Source: Dehalococcoidia bacterium (GTDB lineage Bacteria; Chloroflexota; Dehalococcoidia; Dehalococcoidales; JAUVZA01). Taken from it: a DNA stretch of 47,159 bases. Each line of letters opens with the position of its first letter. Within the stretch, counting starts at the first letter, position 1. Shown in pieces: positions 9,064 to 17,480 of this stretch. The notes beneath the pieces were generated by a model. That model was given only the letters and a program-made list of their open reading frames with translations, made no database searches and had not been told where the DNA came from. The translations under genes were made by a program, and so were the position numbers. The stretch covers positions 1-47,159 of the forward strand of contig JAUVZA010000002.1 in assembly GCA_030602805.1 (NCBI GenBank). Reading direction: 5' to 3'.

Positions 9064-10566
9064 TCACTCTCCTTTGAGTTTTCGTTTCAAGCTCTCGTCA
9101 TTGTCGGCAGCAGTCACTATTTTTCTTAACTCCTGCTTAACCCTCTCATCCAATGGTGCCGGGTGGTGATTTTTCAGAACCCAGTCGATTGCTTCATGAG
9201 CAACTTCCTCTGCGTTTCGGTACTTTTCTCCAAGGACTTCCGGTTTCTCAAAAAGAATTGATGGTGGCCATAGCTTTGGCAGTTCCTTGGCTGTTCGTTT
9301 CTGTCCGAGGAACATACCTCGGGGGCCTACTTCACGTATCATATCAAGGGCCAGGGTATTATCATTTACTTCAACTCCCCGAACTATAATATCTATTGCC
9401 TGGAATATTTCTATGTCAAAAACAAATCTCCTCATATCTAATACTGTTACCACTTCCATTAACCCAGAGAGCCCAGAACACATGTCTGCCCCAGCCATGA
9501 CAGCTAACAGGTTGACATAGATATTCTCTAGACCTACCTGCCAGCTATTCAGTTTGTAAGCATTTCCTCCACAAGAACTACCGGCCAAAGCAGGTAAGCC
9601 ATTGTAATGGGCAAGCTGGACGACAGCGGCATTAGCAATCTGCGAGAAAGATGAGGCGTAGAAATAGTCCCCAGTGCGTGGGTTGATAACTGCCGTGGGT
9701 ATGACTACATAGTTAGGAGTTCCGGGATAGGCAATCTGGGTTAAAACGCAACCGCTTAGTACTTCTGCCAATCCAACAGCTATGGCACTAGCCTGGTATG
9801 GGGGAGCGGTCAAACCCATGGTGGGCATGGACATAAATCCCACCGGTAGGCCGGCCTCAGCAAAAGCAAGAGCCGCTTCTATCCCGCTTTCATCGTGCGC
9901 CAGAGGTGCAATAGTGCATATCATGCCCGTAAATATCGGCCTTTCCCTGAGTTTATCCCTTCCTCCCGCGATGACTGATGCCATCTCAATAGTGTACTTT
10001 GCCGAGCGTTCGCCGATAACCGATTCTGTCTGGACATGCTTTTCTGTATTGTTAAACAGAGCTTCCATGCCATGGATTGGCGCTGTTATCCCCATGTCTC
10101 CGGCGCTGACTATCTGCCAGACAACGGATACAATAGGGAAATAATCAGCCACCCTGGCTATATTTGCCAGATCCTCTTTAACAGCGCGGCGTTTAACACC
10201 AGTTCTGAAATCAATAACGTAGGACGCTTCACCACCGCAAGCGCAATAGGTTCCATCGTCACTGCCTATTTTGACATCAAGCTCCGGCCTTCTGCCGGCC
10301 AGGGTGTAGCGCCTCGGGGCATTTTTCAAATGCTCCACCATCAAATAGCTGGGAATCTTAACCAGCTTCTTATCAAAATCTACGTTTGCTTTGGCATCAG
10401 CAAAAATTCTTAGCGCCTTCTGTGACGGACAATGCACTCCAACTTCCTCAAGGATGCTAAAGGCCATCTCGTTTATTTTCTTAAGCTCATCATCATCATG
10501 GATGGCAAGCTTAAGTTTTGACTTTATGGGTTGTATGCTGGCTATCCTCTCTACCAGTTCTATCAT
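9064..10566 (-). CDS. trimethylamine methyltransferase (MttB) superfamily protein, non-pyrrolysine type
   Basis: About 500 aa with no internal TAG. The ORF track starts at 10590, but AAGGAGGT lies 7 nt before the ATG at 10566 (MIELVERI...). Confidence 0.85.
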   Translation of the reverse strand: MIELVERIASIQPIKSKLKLAIHDDDELKKINEMAFSILEEVGVHCPSQKALRIFADAKANVDFDKKLVKIPSYLMVEHLKNAPRRYTLAGRRPELDVKIGSDDGTYCACGGEASYVIDFRTGVKRRAVKEDLANIARVADYFPIVSVVWQIVSAGDMGITAPIHGMEALFNNTEKHVQTESVIGERSAKYTIEMASVIAGGRDKLRERPIFTGMICTIAPLAHDESGIEAALAFAEAGLPVGFMSMPTMGLTAPPYQASAIAVGLAEVLSGCVLTQIAYPGTPNYVVIPTAVINPRTGDYFYASSFSQIANAAVVQLAHYNGLPALAGSSCGGNAYKLNSWQVGLENIYVNLLAVMAGADMCSGLSGLMEVVTVLDMRRFVFDIEIFQAIDIIVRGVEVNDNTLALDMIREVGPRGMFLGQKRTAKELPKLWPPSILFEKPEVLGEKYRNAEEVAHEAIDWVLKNHHPAPLDERVKQELRKIVTAADNDESLKRKLKGE

Positions 10567-10622
10567 TTCAGATACCTCCTTTTTATTCATAGGCTGTTTG
10601 ATTTTTCAATTTAGCTTGGATT

Positions 10623-10778
10623 TTAAGTAGTCCCATATTTAGCAATAATTTTCTTGCCTGCCTCAAGGAGTTCCTTGCTTACATCTTCCAAGTCAGCAAA
10701 GAATTTCTTCTGCTCATCGGGTGGCAAGTTGACAGGGCAATTATCTGGGCTATGGGTCATTGTTACGTGGAAAAGCAT
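10623..10778 (-). CDS. small hypothetical protein, 51 aa, first gene of the MttB operon
   Basis: MLFHVTMTHSPDNCPVNLPPDEQKKFF..., with a GGAGGTG RBS 5 nt upstream of the ATG at 10778. Confidence 0.4.
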   Translation of the reverse strand: MLFHVTMTHSPDNCPVNLPPDEQKKFFADLEDVSKELLEAGKKIIAKYGTT

Positions 10779-10913
10779 ACAACACCTCCAATATAAATTA
10801 AAAAAGGGCACCGGCCACCGCTATATTATTTAGCTGTTTTAGCGCCCTTCACACGGTTCATCTTACTAAACCAATACATTTAACTTTAATGATGTTCTAC
10901 ATGTTGGAACTTG

Positions 10914-10942
10914 AGTTTAGTCCTCTGCTGAGGGTTTGTCAA
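10914..10942 (-). promoter_or_regulatory. sigma70-like promoter TTGACA-N17-TAAACT (minus strand)
   Basis: Reverse complement of tgtcaa (10937-10942) and agttta (10914-10919) with a 17-nt spacer. It is part of a ~65-nt block repeated at 22157-22225. Confidence 0.55.
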
Positions 10943-11075
10943 TGCACCAAAAAGGAATGTTTTTTACTGCGGCGGGAACCTAAGAGAGGAAAAAGTCCAA
11001 TCCGTACCCTGCTTTTGACATTATTGGGAAAATCGTATATGGTGCATGAAACACCTATTAGGAAAGGAGGTTTAT

Positions 11076-11219
11076 ATGGTTCAAGCCTATTGTGTAAAAT
11101 GCCGAGCTAAAAAGGAAATGAAGGATGCCAAGGCTATAACCATGAAGAATGGTAAACCAGCGACTCAGGGGACGTGTCCCACGTGTGGCACCAAAATGTT
11201 CAGAATCGGCAAAGGTTAG
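11076..11219 (+). CDS. DUF5679-like small Zn-ribbon protein, 47 aa
   Basis: Below the ORF-track cutoff. GGAAAGGAGG RBS. Reads MVQAYCVKCRAKKEMKDAKAITMKNGKPATQGTCPTCGTKMFRIGKG. Confidence 0.7.
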   Translation: MVQAYCVKCRAKKEMKDAKAITMKNGKPATQGTCPTCGTKMFRIGKG

Positions 11220-11252
11220 GTCTATTCCGACATAGCATAACAGAACTCAAAA

Positions 11253-11296
11253 GGGCTGGATATTCCCTATATCGGGATGTCCGGCCCTTTTATTTT
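11253..11296 (+). terminator. rho-independent terminator
   Basis: GGGCTGGATATTCCC pairs with GGGATGTCCGGCCC, followed by TTTTATTTT. Confidence 0.6.
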
Positions 11297-11415
11297 GCGA
11301 ATCACACATTCTAAGCTTTTGTTACCCCTACATTGGCTTTGCGTGAGTATTGACATCAAGGGTGGGAATAGTTTATCGTACATACCAAATCATATGAAAA
11401 AGGGAGGTAAACCCA

Positions 11416-11556
11416 ATGCAAGCCTATTGTATGAAATGCCGAACCAAGAAAGAGATGAAGGATCCAAAGGCTATAACGATGAAAAATGGGAGACCTGCAA
11501 CTCAGGGGACATGTCCTACATGTGGGACAAAGATGTTTAGAATAGGAAAGGCATAA
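11416..11556 (+). CDS. DUF5679-like small Zn-ribbon protein, 46 aa (tandem paralogue)
   Basis: AGGGAGG RBS. Reads MQAYCMKCRTKKEMKDPKAITMKNGRPATQGTCPTCGTKMFRIGKA. Confidence 0.7.
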   Translation: MQAYCMKCRTKKEMKDPKAITMKNGRPATQGTCPTCGTKMFRIGKA

Positions 11557-11582
11557 CCCTGTTAATAATATGGGATTCCACC

Positions 11583-11625
11583 TGGGCTGGACATCCCGTC
11601 GGTATACATGTCCAGCCCATTTTTC
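11583..11625 (+). terminator. rho-independent terminator
   Basis: TGGGCTGGACAT (11583-11594) pairs with ATGTCCAGCCCA (11608-11619), followed by TTTTT. Confidence 0.7.
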
Positions 11626-11960
11626 GTGTGTTGCACAATTCAAGCAAATGTGACCTTATCGGCACATTATGGACAAGTGTTTAATCTGGATTATGGATAA
11701 AGCCCAAGCGCAACCTACCAAGTGGTCTCCAGGATTCCAGAGAGCATGGAGCAGCTATAGTTCACATTTCATGAAAGGGCAGCGCTGAGTCAGATTCTCA
11801 GACAGGCTTACAACTATTTCTTCGTTCTAGCTTGGACTCAGTTGCTATACCCCACATCTCGTAAGAAGACCGAGTAAGGAGAAACTACTCGTGCCTATGG
11901 CGATGGCTGGTGGTAATATCCTTGTTTCTTACTACCTTAGGCCAAGCTTGTCTGGTACTA

Positions 11961-12068
11961 GGCAGGCTTCTTAAGGCCATGATTGAAAGCCTGGATGAGT
12001 TTTACTCAGCCAACCTGGGCGAGGAGGTAACCAGAGGGATGAAACACGAATACCCAAAGAAGCATTAG
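11961..12068 (+). pseudogene. serine recombinase catalytic-domain remnant
   Basis: In-frame GRLLKAMIESLDEFYSANLGEEVTRGMKH... resembles the end of the resolvase/large-serine-recombinase N-terminal domain. There is no start and no remainder of the gene. Confidence 0.45.
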
Positions 12069-12163
12069 ATTTTGGGGAGGTGATACCTATACGTAAAATG
12101 TTTTCACTGTGAAGACTCAAGCAACAAGGAATTTATAAAATTAAGAAAAGGAAGGTAGGTAAA

Positions 12164-13288
12164 ATGAGCTTAGGTAAAACCCTTATGATGTTTGGCGTCG
12201 GTGACCTTGGGGGATGGGTTTTGGAGTTCCTTGCCCGCCGGGAAGGCCTTGGCACAATAATTGTATGTGACAGCAGGGAAGATTGGGGGGGCATGAAGAC
12301 AAATTGTGCTGCCACCGGAGCCGGTCAGGAAGGCTATTCCAAGAGAATGATATTTGAAAAGTGTGATGCGAATGATATAGATGGAACTGCCGAACTGATC
12401 AAAAGGCATAGTCCTGATTTGATATATAGCGGTCTGACATTGTTAGGGTGGTCAGCAAGGAGAATTATACCAAAAGCAGTCGGTACAGAGAAGTATGAAA
12501 AAGCCCATGTTGTTGTATTACCTATACAAACACTACTGCTGTCCAAACTAATGAAAGCTCTCAAGAAATCGGGCGTCACCGCTCCTGTAGTGAACAATGC
12601 TTACCCAGACGGTGTGAACCCGGTGTTATGGAAGGCTGGCTTCCCTGTGCTTATGGGAGCAGGCAATCTTGATAATATTGTGGGTGAGATACGGAGGAAG
12701 ATAAGCGCTGCCGAGAATGTGCCAATATGCGAGGTTACGGTGTATTTAATCGCTGAACATGCTATCAATGTTATGGGCACAAGGACGGGCATACCATATT
12801 TCTTTAAGGTTCTGGTCGGCGACAGGAATATCACTAGTAAGGTTGATGTTGACTCATTGATATCAGATAGGCTACTGGCATCACCTGTTGGTCAGCAGAC
12901 TTGGCTAAATCATCCAGCGATAGCTGCTTCAGCTGTGAGGAATATAATGGCTATCATAAACGATACCAATGAGTTTGCCCACGCACCTGGCCCGAACGGA
13001 TTGCCAGGGGGTTATCCAGTCCGTATTAGTGCTAAAGGTGTTGACATAGTCTTGCCTGAAGAGGTTTCTATGGAGGAGGCGATAAAAATTAATACTGGCG
13101 GTTTGAAGCGGGAGGGAGTGGAGGAGATAAAGGACGACGGAACAGTTGTTCTGACCGACGAAGCATACAAAATTTGCCAGAAACTCTATGGGATTACCCT
13201 AAGGGAGTACCGGTTTGCAGATTTGGAAAACCTAGCTAGGGAAATGCTTTCAGCTCTCGAAAAAGCTATTGAAAAATATAAGGTATAA
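12164..13288 (+). CDS. NAD(P)-binding Rossmann-type oxidoreductase, saccharopine-dehydrogenase-like (tentative)
   Basis: 374-aa ORF with N-terminal GVGDLGG and a GGAAGGTAGG RBS. The family call is weak. Confidence 0.5.
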   Translation: MSLGKTLMMFGVGDLGGWVLEFLARREGLGTIIVCDSREDWGGMKTNCAATGAGQEGYSKRMIFEKCDANDIDGTAELIKRHSPDLIYSGLTLLGWSARRIIPKAVGTEKYEKAHVVVLPIQTLLLSKLMKALKKSGVTAPVVNNAYPDGVNPVLWKAGFPVLMGAGNLDNIVGEIRRKISAAENVPICEVTVYLIAEHAINVMGTRTGIPYFFKVLVGDRNITSKVDVDSLISDRLLASPVGQQTWLNHPAIAASAVRNIMAIINDTNEFAHAPGPNGLPGGYPVRISAKGVDIVLPEEVSMEEAIKINTGGLKREGVEEIKDDGTVVLTDEAYKICQKLYGITLREYRFADLENLAREMLSALEKAIEKYKV

Positions 13289-13293
13289 GGAAG

Positions 13294-13488
13294 ATGATAC
13301 TTATGGAAGTGGTATCCTTTGTGGGGGCATGCCACTTATATGTTTTGCAGGGAATAACCCAAGGTGAAGTAAGCCCAGGTGAGGTTGCGAAAGGTTCTAT
13401 TCCATATTTCCTGCTGTTAGGAGTGGCACTGGTTTTGGTGGTAATATTTCCTCAGTTAACTACGTGGTTACCTGCTCATATGCACTAA
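13294..13488 (+). pseudogene. C-terminal fragment of a TRAP transporter large permease (DctM-like)
   Basis: ...VLQGITQGEVSPGEVAKGSIPYFLLLGVALVLVVIFPQLTTWLP matches the typical DctM C-terminus. Only ~60 aa are present. Confidence 0.5.
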
Positions 13489-13570
13489 CAATCTAATCAA
13501 AAAGGAGGTTGAAATAGTAGAAATCAGTGAAAGAGCTCAGAGGATTCATAAAGAAGCAATAGTAGTAGAT

Positions 13571-14536
13571 ATGCTAGAAGCCTTGATGCCAGCAAAAGAC
13601 GTAGGATATTTTAAAAAAGCGGCAGATGGTGGTGTTACAGCGATACATGCCACTTTACCATGGGTTACGGATGACCTTCCTGCTGCAATTAATAAGATAG
13701 CGCAATTTATGAAACTTGTAGAAAACACGGAAAATACGGAAATGGTCTCTACCGCAGCTGATATTGAAAAGGTGAAAAGGGAGGGAAAACTGGCAATAAT
13801 ACCGGGAATGCAAGACAGCATACCCTTTGAGAGGGACTTGGATCTGGTAAGAATTTTTCATAAGCTGGGCATCAGAGTAATGATGCCTGCTTATTCTAGG
13901 CAAAATTACCTCGGTGCAGGATGTGTTGAAGAGATAGACTATGGGCTAACAGCACAGGGTAAAAAAGCCGTAAAGGAATGGAACAAGTTAGGTATACTGG
14001 CAGATGTCTCTCACTGTGGCAATCAAACAGCGATTGATACAGCTGAGTGTTCAGAAGTCCCCATAGCAATCACGCATGCTACACCCTCAACCCTTGTCGA
14101 GATGAACAGAGCAAAAAGTGACGCTGCGATAAAGGCTGTGGCAGCAAAAGGTGGAGTCATAGGTCAGGTTGTCATGAGTGCTTTCTGCGAGAGAAGAGAT
14201 AAGATGGGGACGTGGCCGACTTTAGTCGACTTCGTCGACGTCATAGACTATCTAGTGAACTTGGTGGGGATTGACCACGTTGGTCTTGGCCTTGACCTGG
14301 TTCCGTTCTGGACGGCAAAGGAGTGGGACGCACCGGAGCATATGGATGTTGCAGCCGGCCTTGTGTATCCTCACAAGGAACCACCCTTTGAAAGGGTGTA
14401 TGTTCAAGGATTTAATGGTATCCAAGACACAATAAAAATCACTGAAGAGTTAGTGACACGTGGCTATTCCGATGACGACATAAAGAAGATACTGGGGGGT
14501 AACTGGCTGAGGTTGCTAAAGCAAGTCTGGAAATAG
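13571..14536 (+). CDS. membrane dipeptidase (peptidase M19) family protein, non-canonical N-terminus
   Basis: M19-like over its full length (HCGNQTAIDTAE, ITHATPS, GLGLD). The homologous region (ISERAQRIHKEAIVVDMLEAL) extends upstream of the first ATG. An AAAGGAGG RBS at 13501 has no ATG/GTG/TTG after it. Confidence 0.75.
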   Translation: MLEALMPAKDVGYFKKAADGGVTAIHATLPWVTDDLPAAINKIAQFMKLVENTENTEMVSTAADIEKVKREGKLAIIPGMQDSIPFERDLDLVRIFHKLGIRVMMPAYSRQNYLGAGCVEEIDYGLTAQGKKAVKEWNKLGILADVSHCGNQTAIDTAECSEVPIAITHATPSTLVEMNRAKSDAAIKAVAAKGGVIGQVVMSAFCERRDKMGTWPTLVDFVDVIDYLVNLVGIDHVGLGLDLVPFWTAKEWDAPEHMDVAAGLVYPHKEPPFERVYVQGFNGIQDTIKITEELVTRGYSDDDIKKILGGNWLRLLKQVWK

Positions 14537-14541
14537 GGAAA

Positions 14542-14706
14542 ATGAAACTGGGTGGTAAGGTCGCTATGGTTACTGGAGCGGGAAGAGGCATTGGTCGAGC
14601 CATAGCTCTGGCACTTGCTGCAGAAGGGGTCGATTTGGCAGTGAATGCCGCTCATCTCTCCCCTATGACCGACTGGAGCAACCCTGGCGAGACTGGGCAA
14701 AGATAG
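14542..14706 (+). pseudogene. truncated SDR (N-terminal 40 aa copy of the 7401..8168 gene)
   Basis: MKLGGKVAMVTGAGRGIGRAIALALAAEGVDLAVNAAHLS, then unrelated sequence and a stop. About 87 percent nucleotide identity to the reverse complement of 8050-8206. Confidence 0.8.
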
Positions 14707-15149
14707 CCAGGAACTTTAGCCTTCAGCTTGATGACCAGTGCGATAGGGAAGACCTTATCCAGAATATCATCGTGAGATTAGCTGAGGTTGCTGAGGAATA
14801 CCGCCGGCAGGGGAAACCTTTGACCAAAGGGGGATGTATAAGGGTAGCCCAGTATACCCGTCTCCGTTTCTACCACCAGAAAAAGAGATGGAAAAGGGTG
14901 TTTTCGGTAAGCCTGGATAGCACTATTCAGGACGAGGACGGCTACGAGACGGAGATAGCACAGACACTTCTCGACGAGAAGGGAATAGACCTAGACCGTT
15001 GGCTTGACTTCAAAAACTACTACCAGAGCCGAAAGCCAAGAGAAAGGCGAGCTATCCGCTAGCTGATAACCGAGAATTGCCTCAAGCTATCAGGCTACGA
15101 CTGGGAACTGATTAAACGGTTTAGAGAAGCATATCAACTTCAGGCGTAA
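14688..15149 (+). pseudogene. degraded paralogue of the 2438..2902 regulator
   Basis: Homology starts at RDWAKIARNF (versus MLDWGKYITT) with no start codon at the equivalent position. An in-frame TAG at 15060 interrupts homology that continues to 15149. The ORF track reports only 14772..15062. Confidence 0.55.
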
Positions 15150-15187
15150 AAAGCTGATACTGGAAGGGTAACTATGCCCAAAATTAA

Positions 15188-15225
15188 GGGACTGGGGGTC
15201 TTGTGACCTCCAGTCCCCCTTTTTT
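15188..15225 (+). terminator. rho-independent terminator
   Basis: GGGACTGGGGGTC ttgt GACCTCCAGTCCC, followed by CCTTTTTT. Confidence 0.7.
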
Positions 15226-15408
15226 ATGCATCTTCAAGCGAGCACGGGCTTAGCCCCCTTAAACAGAAATACTATTCAAAACTCTGAGAAGGGGCTTTAT
15301 TTTTGACTACATGGACTCCCAGTCGTCTTTTTGCCGACTGCTGTGCTATATCCCCTCATAATGGCATTGTAAGTACACTTCTCATCCCGCTAGAAGTGGC
15401 AATCCCTA

Positions 15409-15449
15409 AAACTAACAGGGTTGAGGATTTCCCTCAACCCTGTTAGTTT
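15409..15449. repeat. perfect 18-bp inverted repeat (hairpin)
   Basis: AAACTAACAGGGTTGAGG attt(c) CCTCAACCCTGTTAGTTT. Confidence 0.8.
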
Positions 15450-15575
15450 ATCCTCAGTCACACTTAATAAGCTTTTGTGAGCTAGGTTAAACAATCTTGG
15501 TAAAATGGTTCCTTTATTGCCACTCGGTTCTACGCCTAGCCTTCAGGCGAGAAATCTTCCGGACCTTTTTATAAT

Positions 15576-15622
15576 GGCTGTTAACCGCTAGGTTGTAGGT
15601 TCGAGTCCTACCCGGGGAGCCA
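15576..15622 (+). pseudogene. tRNA-Asn(GTT) 3' fragment (anticodon loop to CCA), not a functional tRNA
   Basis: GGCTGTTAACCGCTAGGTTGTAGGTTCGAGTCCTACCCGGGGAGCCA. The upstream sequence lacks a D-arm and a 5' acceptor strand. Confidence 0.75.
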
Positions 15623-15660
15623 ACTCTCTCCCCTATACTGAAATACTGCTTGAATCGTGC

Positions 15661-16518
15661 ATGCAATTCCTATATCATACCTGTATCATGAGTAGTGAAG
15701 CAGGTGGCAGCCAACCAAACGCCTTTCCGAGTGTTCAGGAATTGTGCTTGAATGTCCCATTATTCGAATCTTTTCATATTGTTGATTCTGCAGCTGAAGA
15801 ATTTTATGACTTGGTTAAATTCAATGGACACATAGATTGTCATTGTCTAGAGTGTGGGCAACCAAGCATTTTTCATATTGTAGAGTTAAATGATTGGCCA
15901 TGGGGGCGCGGCGACCACCGACCACTGACACGTATTAATTATCTATTCGAATTTGCTTTCAATTGTTCTCGTAATGAGAGCCACAAGTTGATATTTTATT
16001 TTCGCCTTCATAATAGAAACTTCATGAAGATTGGCCAGTATCCAACAATTGCTGACCTATCTACTATAGAAGTACAGAAGTATAGAAAAGTATTAGGCGA
16101 GGAACTATATAAGGAATTTACACGTGCAATTGGTTTAGTCTCTCATGGGGTTGGGATTGGCGCTTTTGTGTATTTAAGAAGGATTTTTGAACATCTCATA
16201 GAAGAAGCACACCAGAAAAATGCCACTGCCGAAGGTTGGGATGAGGATACGTATAAGAAATCTCGAATGGACGATAAGATAGAGCTGCTGAAGGCTTCGC
16301 TTCCAGACTTCCTAGTTCGCAATAGGAAACTCTATTCAATCCTCAGCAAAGGCATACATGAGCTAGACGAGTCGATTTGTTTATCCGCCTTCCCTGTGAC
16401 AAGAGCAGGTATCGAAATGATTCTTGATGAGAGATTGAGAGAGATTGAGAAAGAGCAAAAGACTCAAGCTGTGGCAAAAGATATTGGCGAACTACACGAT
16501 AAGCTTAAGCCAACATGA
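15661..16518 (+). CDS. hypothetical protein with a possible N-terminal Cys/His cluster (CHCLECG)
   Basis: 285-aa ORF in AT-rich, island-like sequence. No family recognised with confidence. Confidence 0.55.
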   Translation: MQFLYHTCIMSSEAGGSQPNAFPSVQELCLNVPLFESFHIVDSAAEEFYDLVKFNGHIDCHCLECGQPSIFHIVELNDWPWGRGDHRPLTRINYLFEFAFNCSRNESHKLIFYFRLHNRNFMKIGQYPTIADLSTIEVQKYRKVLGEELYKEFTRAIGLVSHGVGIGAFVYLRRIFEHLIEEAHQKNATAEGWDEDTYKKSRMDDKIELLKASLPDFLVRNRKLYSILSKGIHELDESICLSAFPVTRAGIEMILDERLREIEKEQKTQAVAKDIGELHDKLKPT

Positions 16519-16810
16519 TGTCCGCCCTGGTGGGCGCGGGTATCTGCTTGAGGAAACGCCTCGCCAGGTAGGAGTAAAGCCTTATTGTCTTCTCCGCCTT
16601 GCGTTCTGCTTTCAGCTTGGTGATCCAGGGCTCGAGATTCTCAACTGGGAGCTTGTGGGCAACACTGATGGAGACGCCTTCTGCCTTCGCCAATCGCGAG
16701 ATGAGGGAGGCCACCAGAGCCCGAGTGTCTGGTTGCAGGCGGCATAGCTGGTCAACGGAGTGTTGGAGCCTGCTGTTGGCTGACTGAATTGCCTTCATTG
16801 CCTTAACCAT
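16505..16810 (-). pseudogene. N-terminal (core-binding/SAM-like domain) fragment of a tyrosine recombinase
   Basis: WITKLKAERKAEKTIRLYSYLARRFL is typical of the integrase N-domain. There is no catalytic domain, and the fragment overlaps the 3' end of the neighbouring gene. Confidence 0.5.
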
Positions 16811-16876
16811 AGTACTATTATGGCGTGAAATGGGTGATTTGTAAGCGGTGGGACTTAGAGTTAGGAGGAAAACATC

Positions 16877-17455
16877 ATGGCACTAATACCAGCTTTTGAG
16901 ATAGGTGTGTGGAATGCTTGGATTCTCATGTTGTATATTCCCTTGCACCCTCTTATTATGATGCCAATTGATAAATTGGTGGGCACCGGGGATATATTTA
17001 AAAAAATGGAAACTCCTAGTTTTACCAAGACTGAGAATATTACAAATATTTTAAGCAATTTTGTTGTATTGTTTGGACTCTTTATATACTCAATATTTTT
17101 GCCGTTACAATTAGGAACGATATGGTTTTATGTAGGGCTCGTTCTATGTGTATTAGGGGTGGTTACCTGGACGTTAGCTATAGCGAATATTGTCAATATC
17201 CCATTCGGTGAGCCGTGGAAGAAGGGGCTCTATCGATATTCAAGACATCCCATGACTCTCGCTTGTTATTTGATATTTATAGGTACAGGTATAGCTTCAG
17301 CCTCATGGATATTCTTATTGTTTTCAATCGTATATATAATTTTAGGAGCTATTCCCACAATTGCAGAAGAACGTTTCTGCCTTGATAAGTATGGTGATAC
17401 ATACCGTGAATACATAAATAGAACACCACGATGGATAGGGATACCCAAATCTTAA
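16877..17455 (+). CDS. isoprenylcysteine carboxyl methyltransferase (ICMT)/PEMT-family membrane methyltransferase, copy 1
   Basis: Multi-TM protein with YRYSRHPM...AEERFCLDKYGDTYREYINRTPRW. AGGAGG RBS. Confidence 0.8.
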   Translation: MALIPAFEIGVWNAWILMLYIPLHPLIMMPIDKLVGTGDIFKKMETPSFTKTENITNILSNFVVLFGLFIYSIFLPLQLGTIWFYVGLVLCVLGVVTWTLAIANIVNIPFGEPWKKGLYRYSRHPMTLACYLIFIGTGIASASWIFLLFSIVYIILGAIPTIAEERFCLDKYGDTYREYINRTPRWIGIPKS

Positions 17456-17480
17456 TTGACCAACAAAGGAGGTATTATCC

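Noticed and set aside
15550-15622. A complete tRNA-Asn gene at the left repeat.
   Set aside because: Only the anticodon loop, T-arm and 3' acceptor strand are present. The sequence where the D-arm should be (ACCTTTTTATAAT) cannot pair, and the 5' acceptor strand is missing.
16814-16876. A riboswitch in the conserved ICMT-cassette leader (three copies).
   Set aside because: The conserved part is only ~35 nt. I could not fold it into any known small riboswitch (preQ1, guanidine, fluoride), and the putative stem is not supported by compensatory changes. I kept it only as a conserved leader or promoter.
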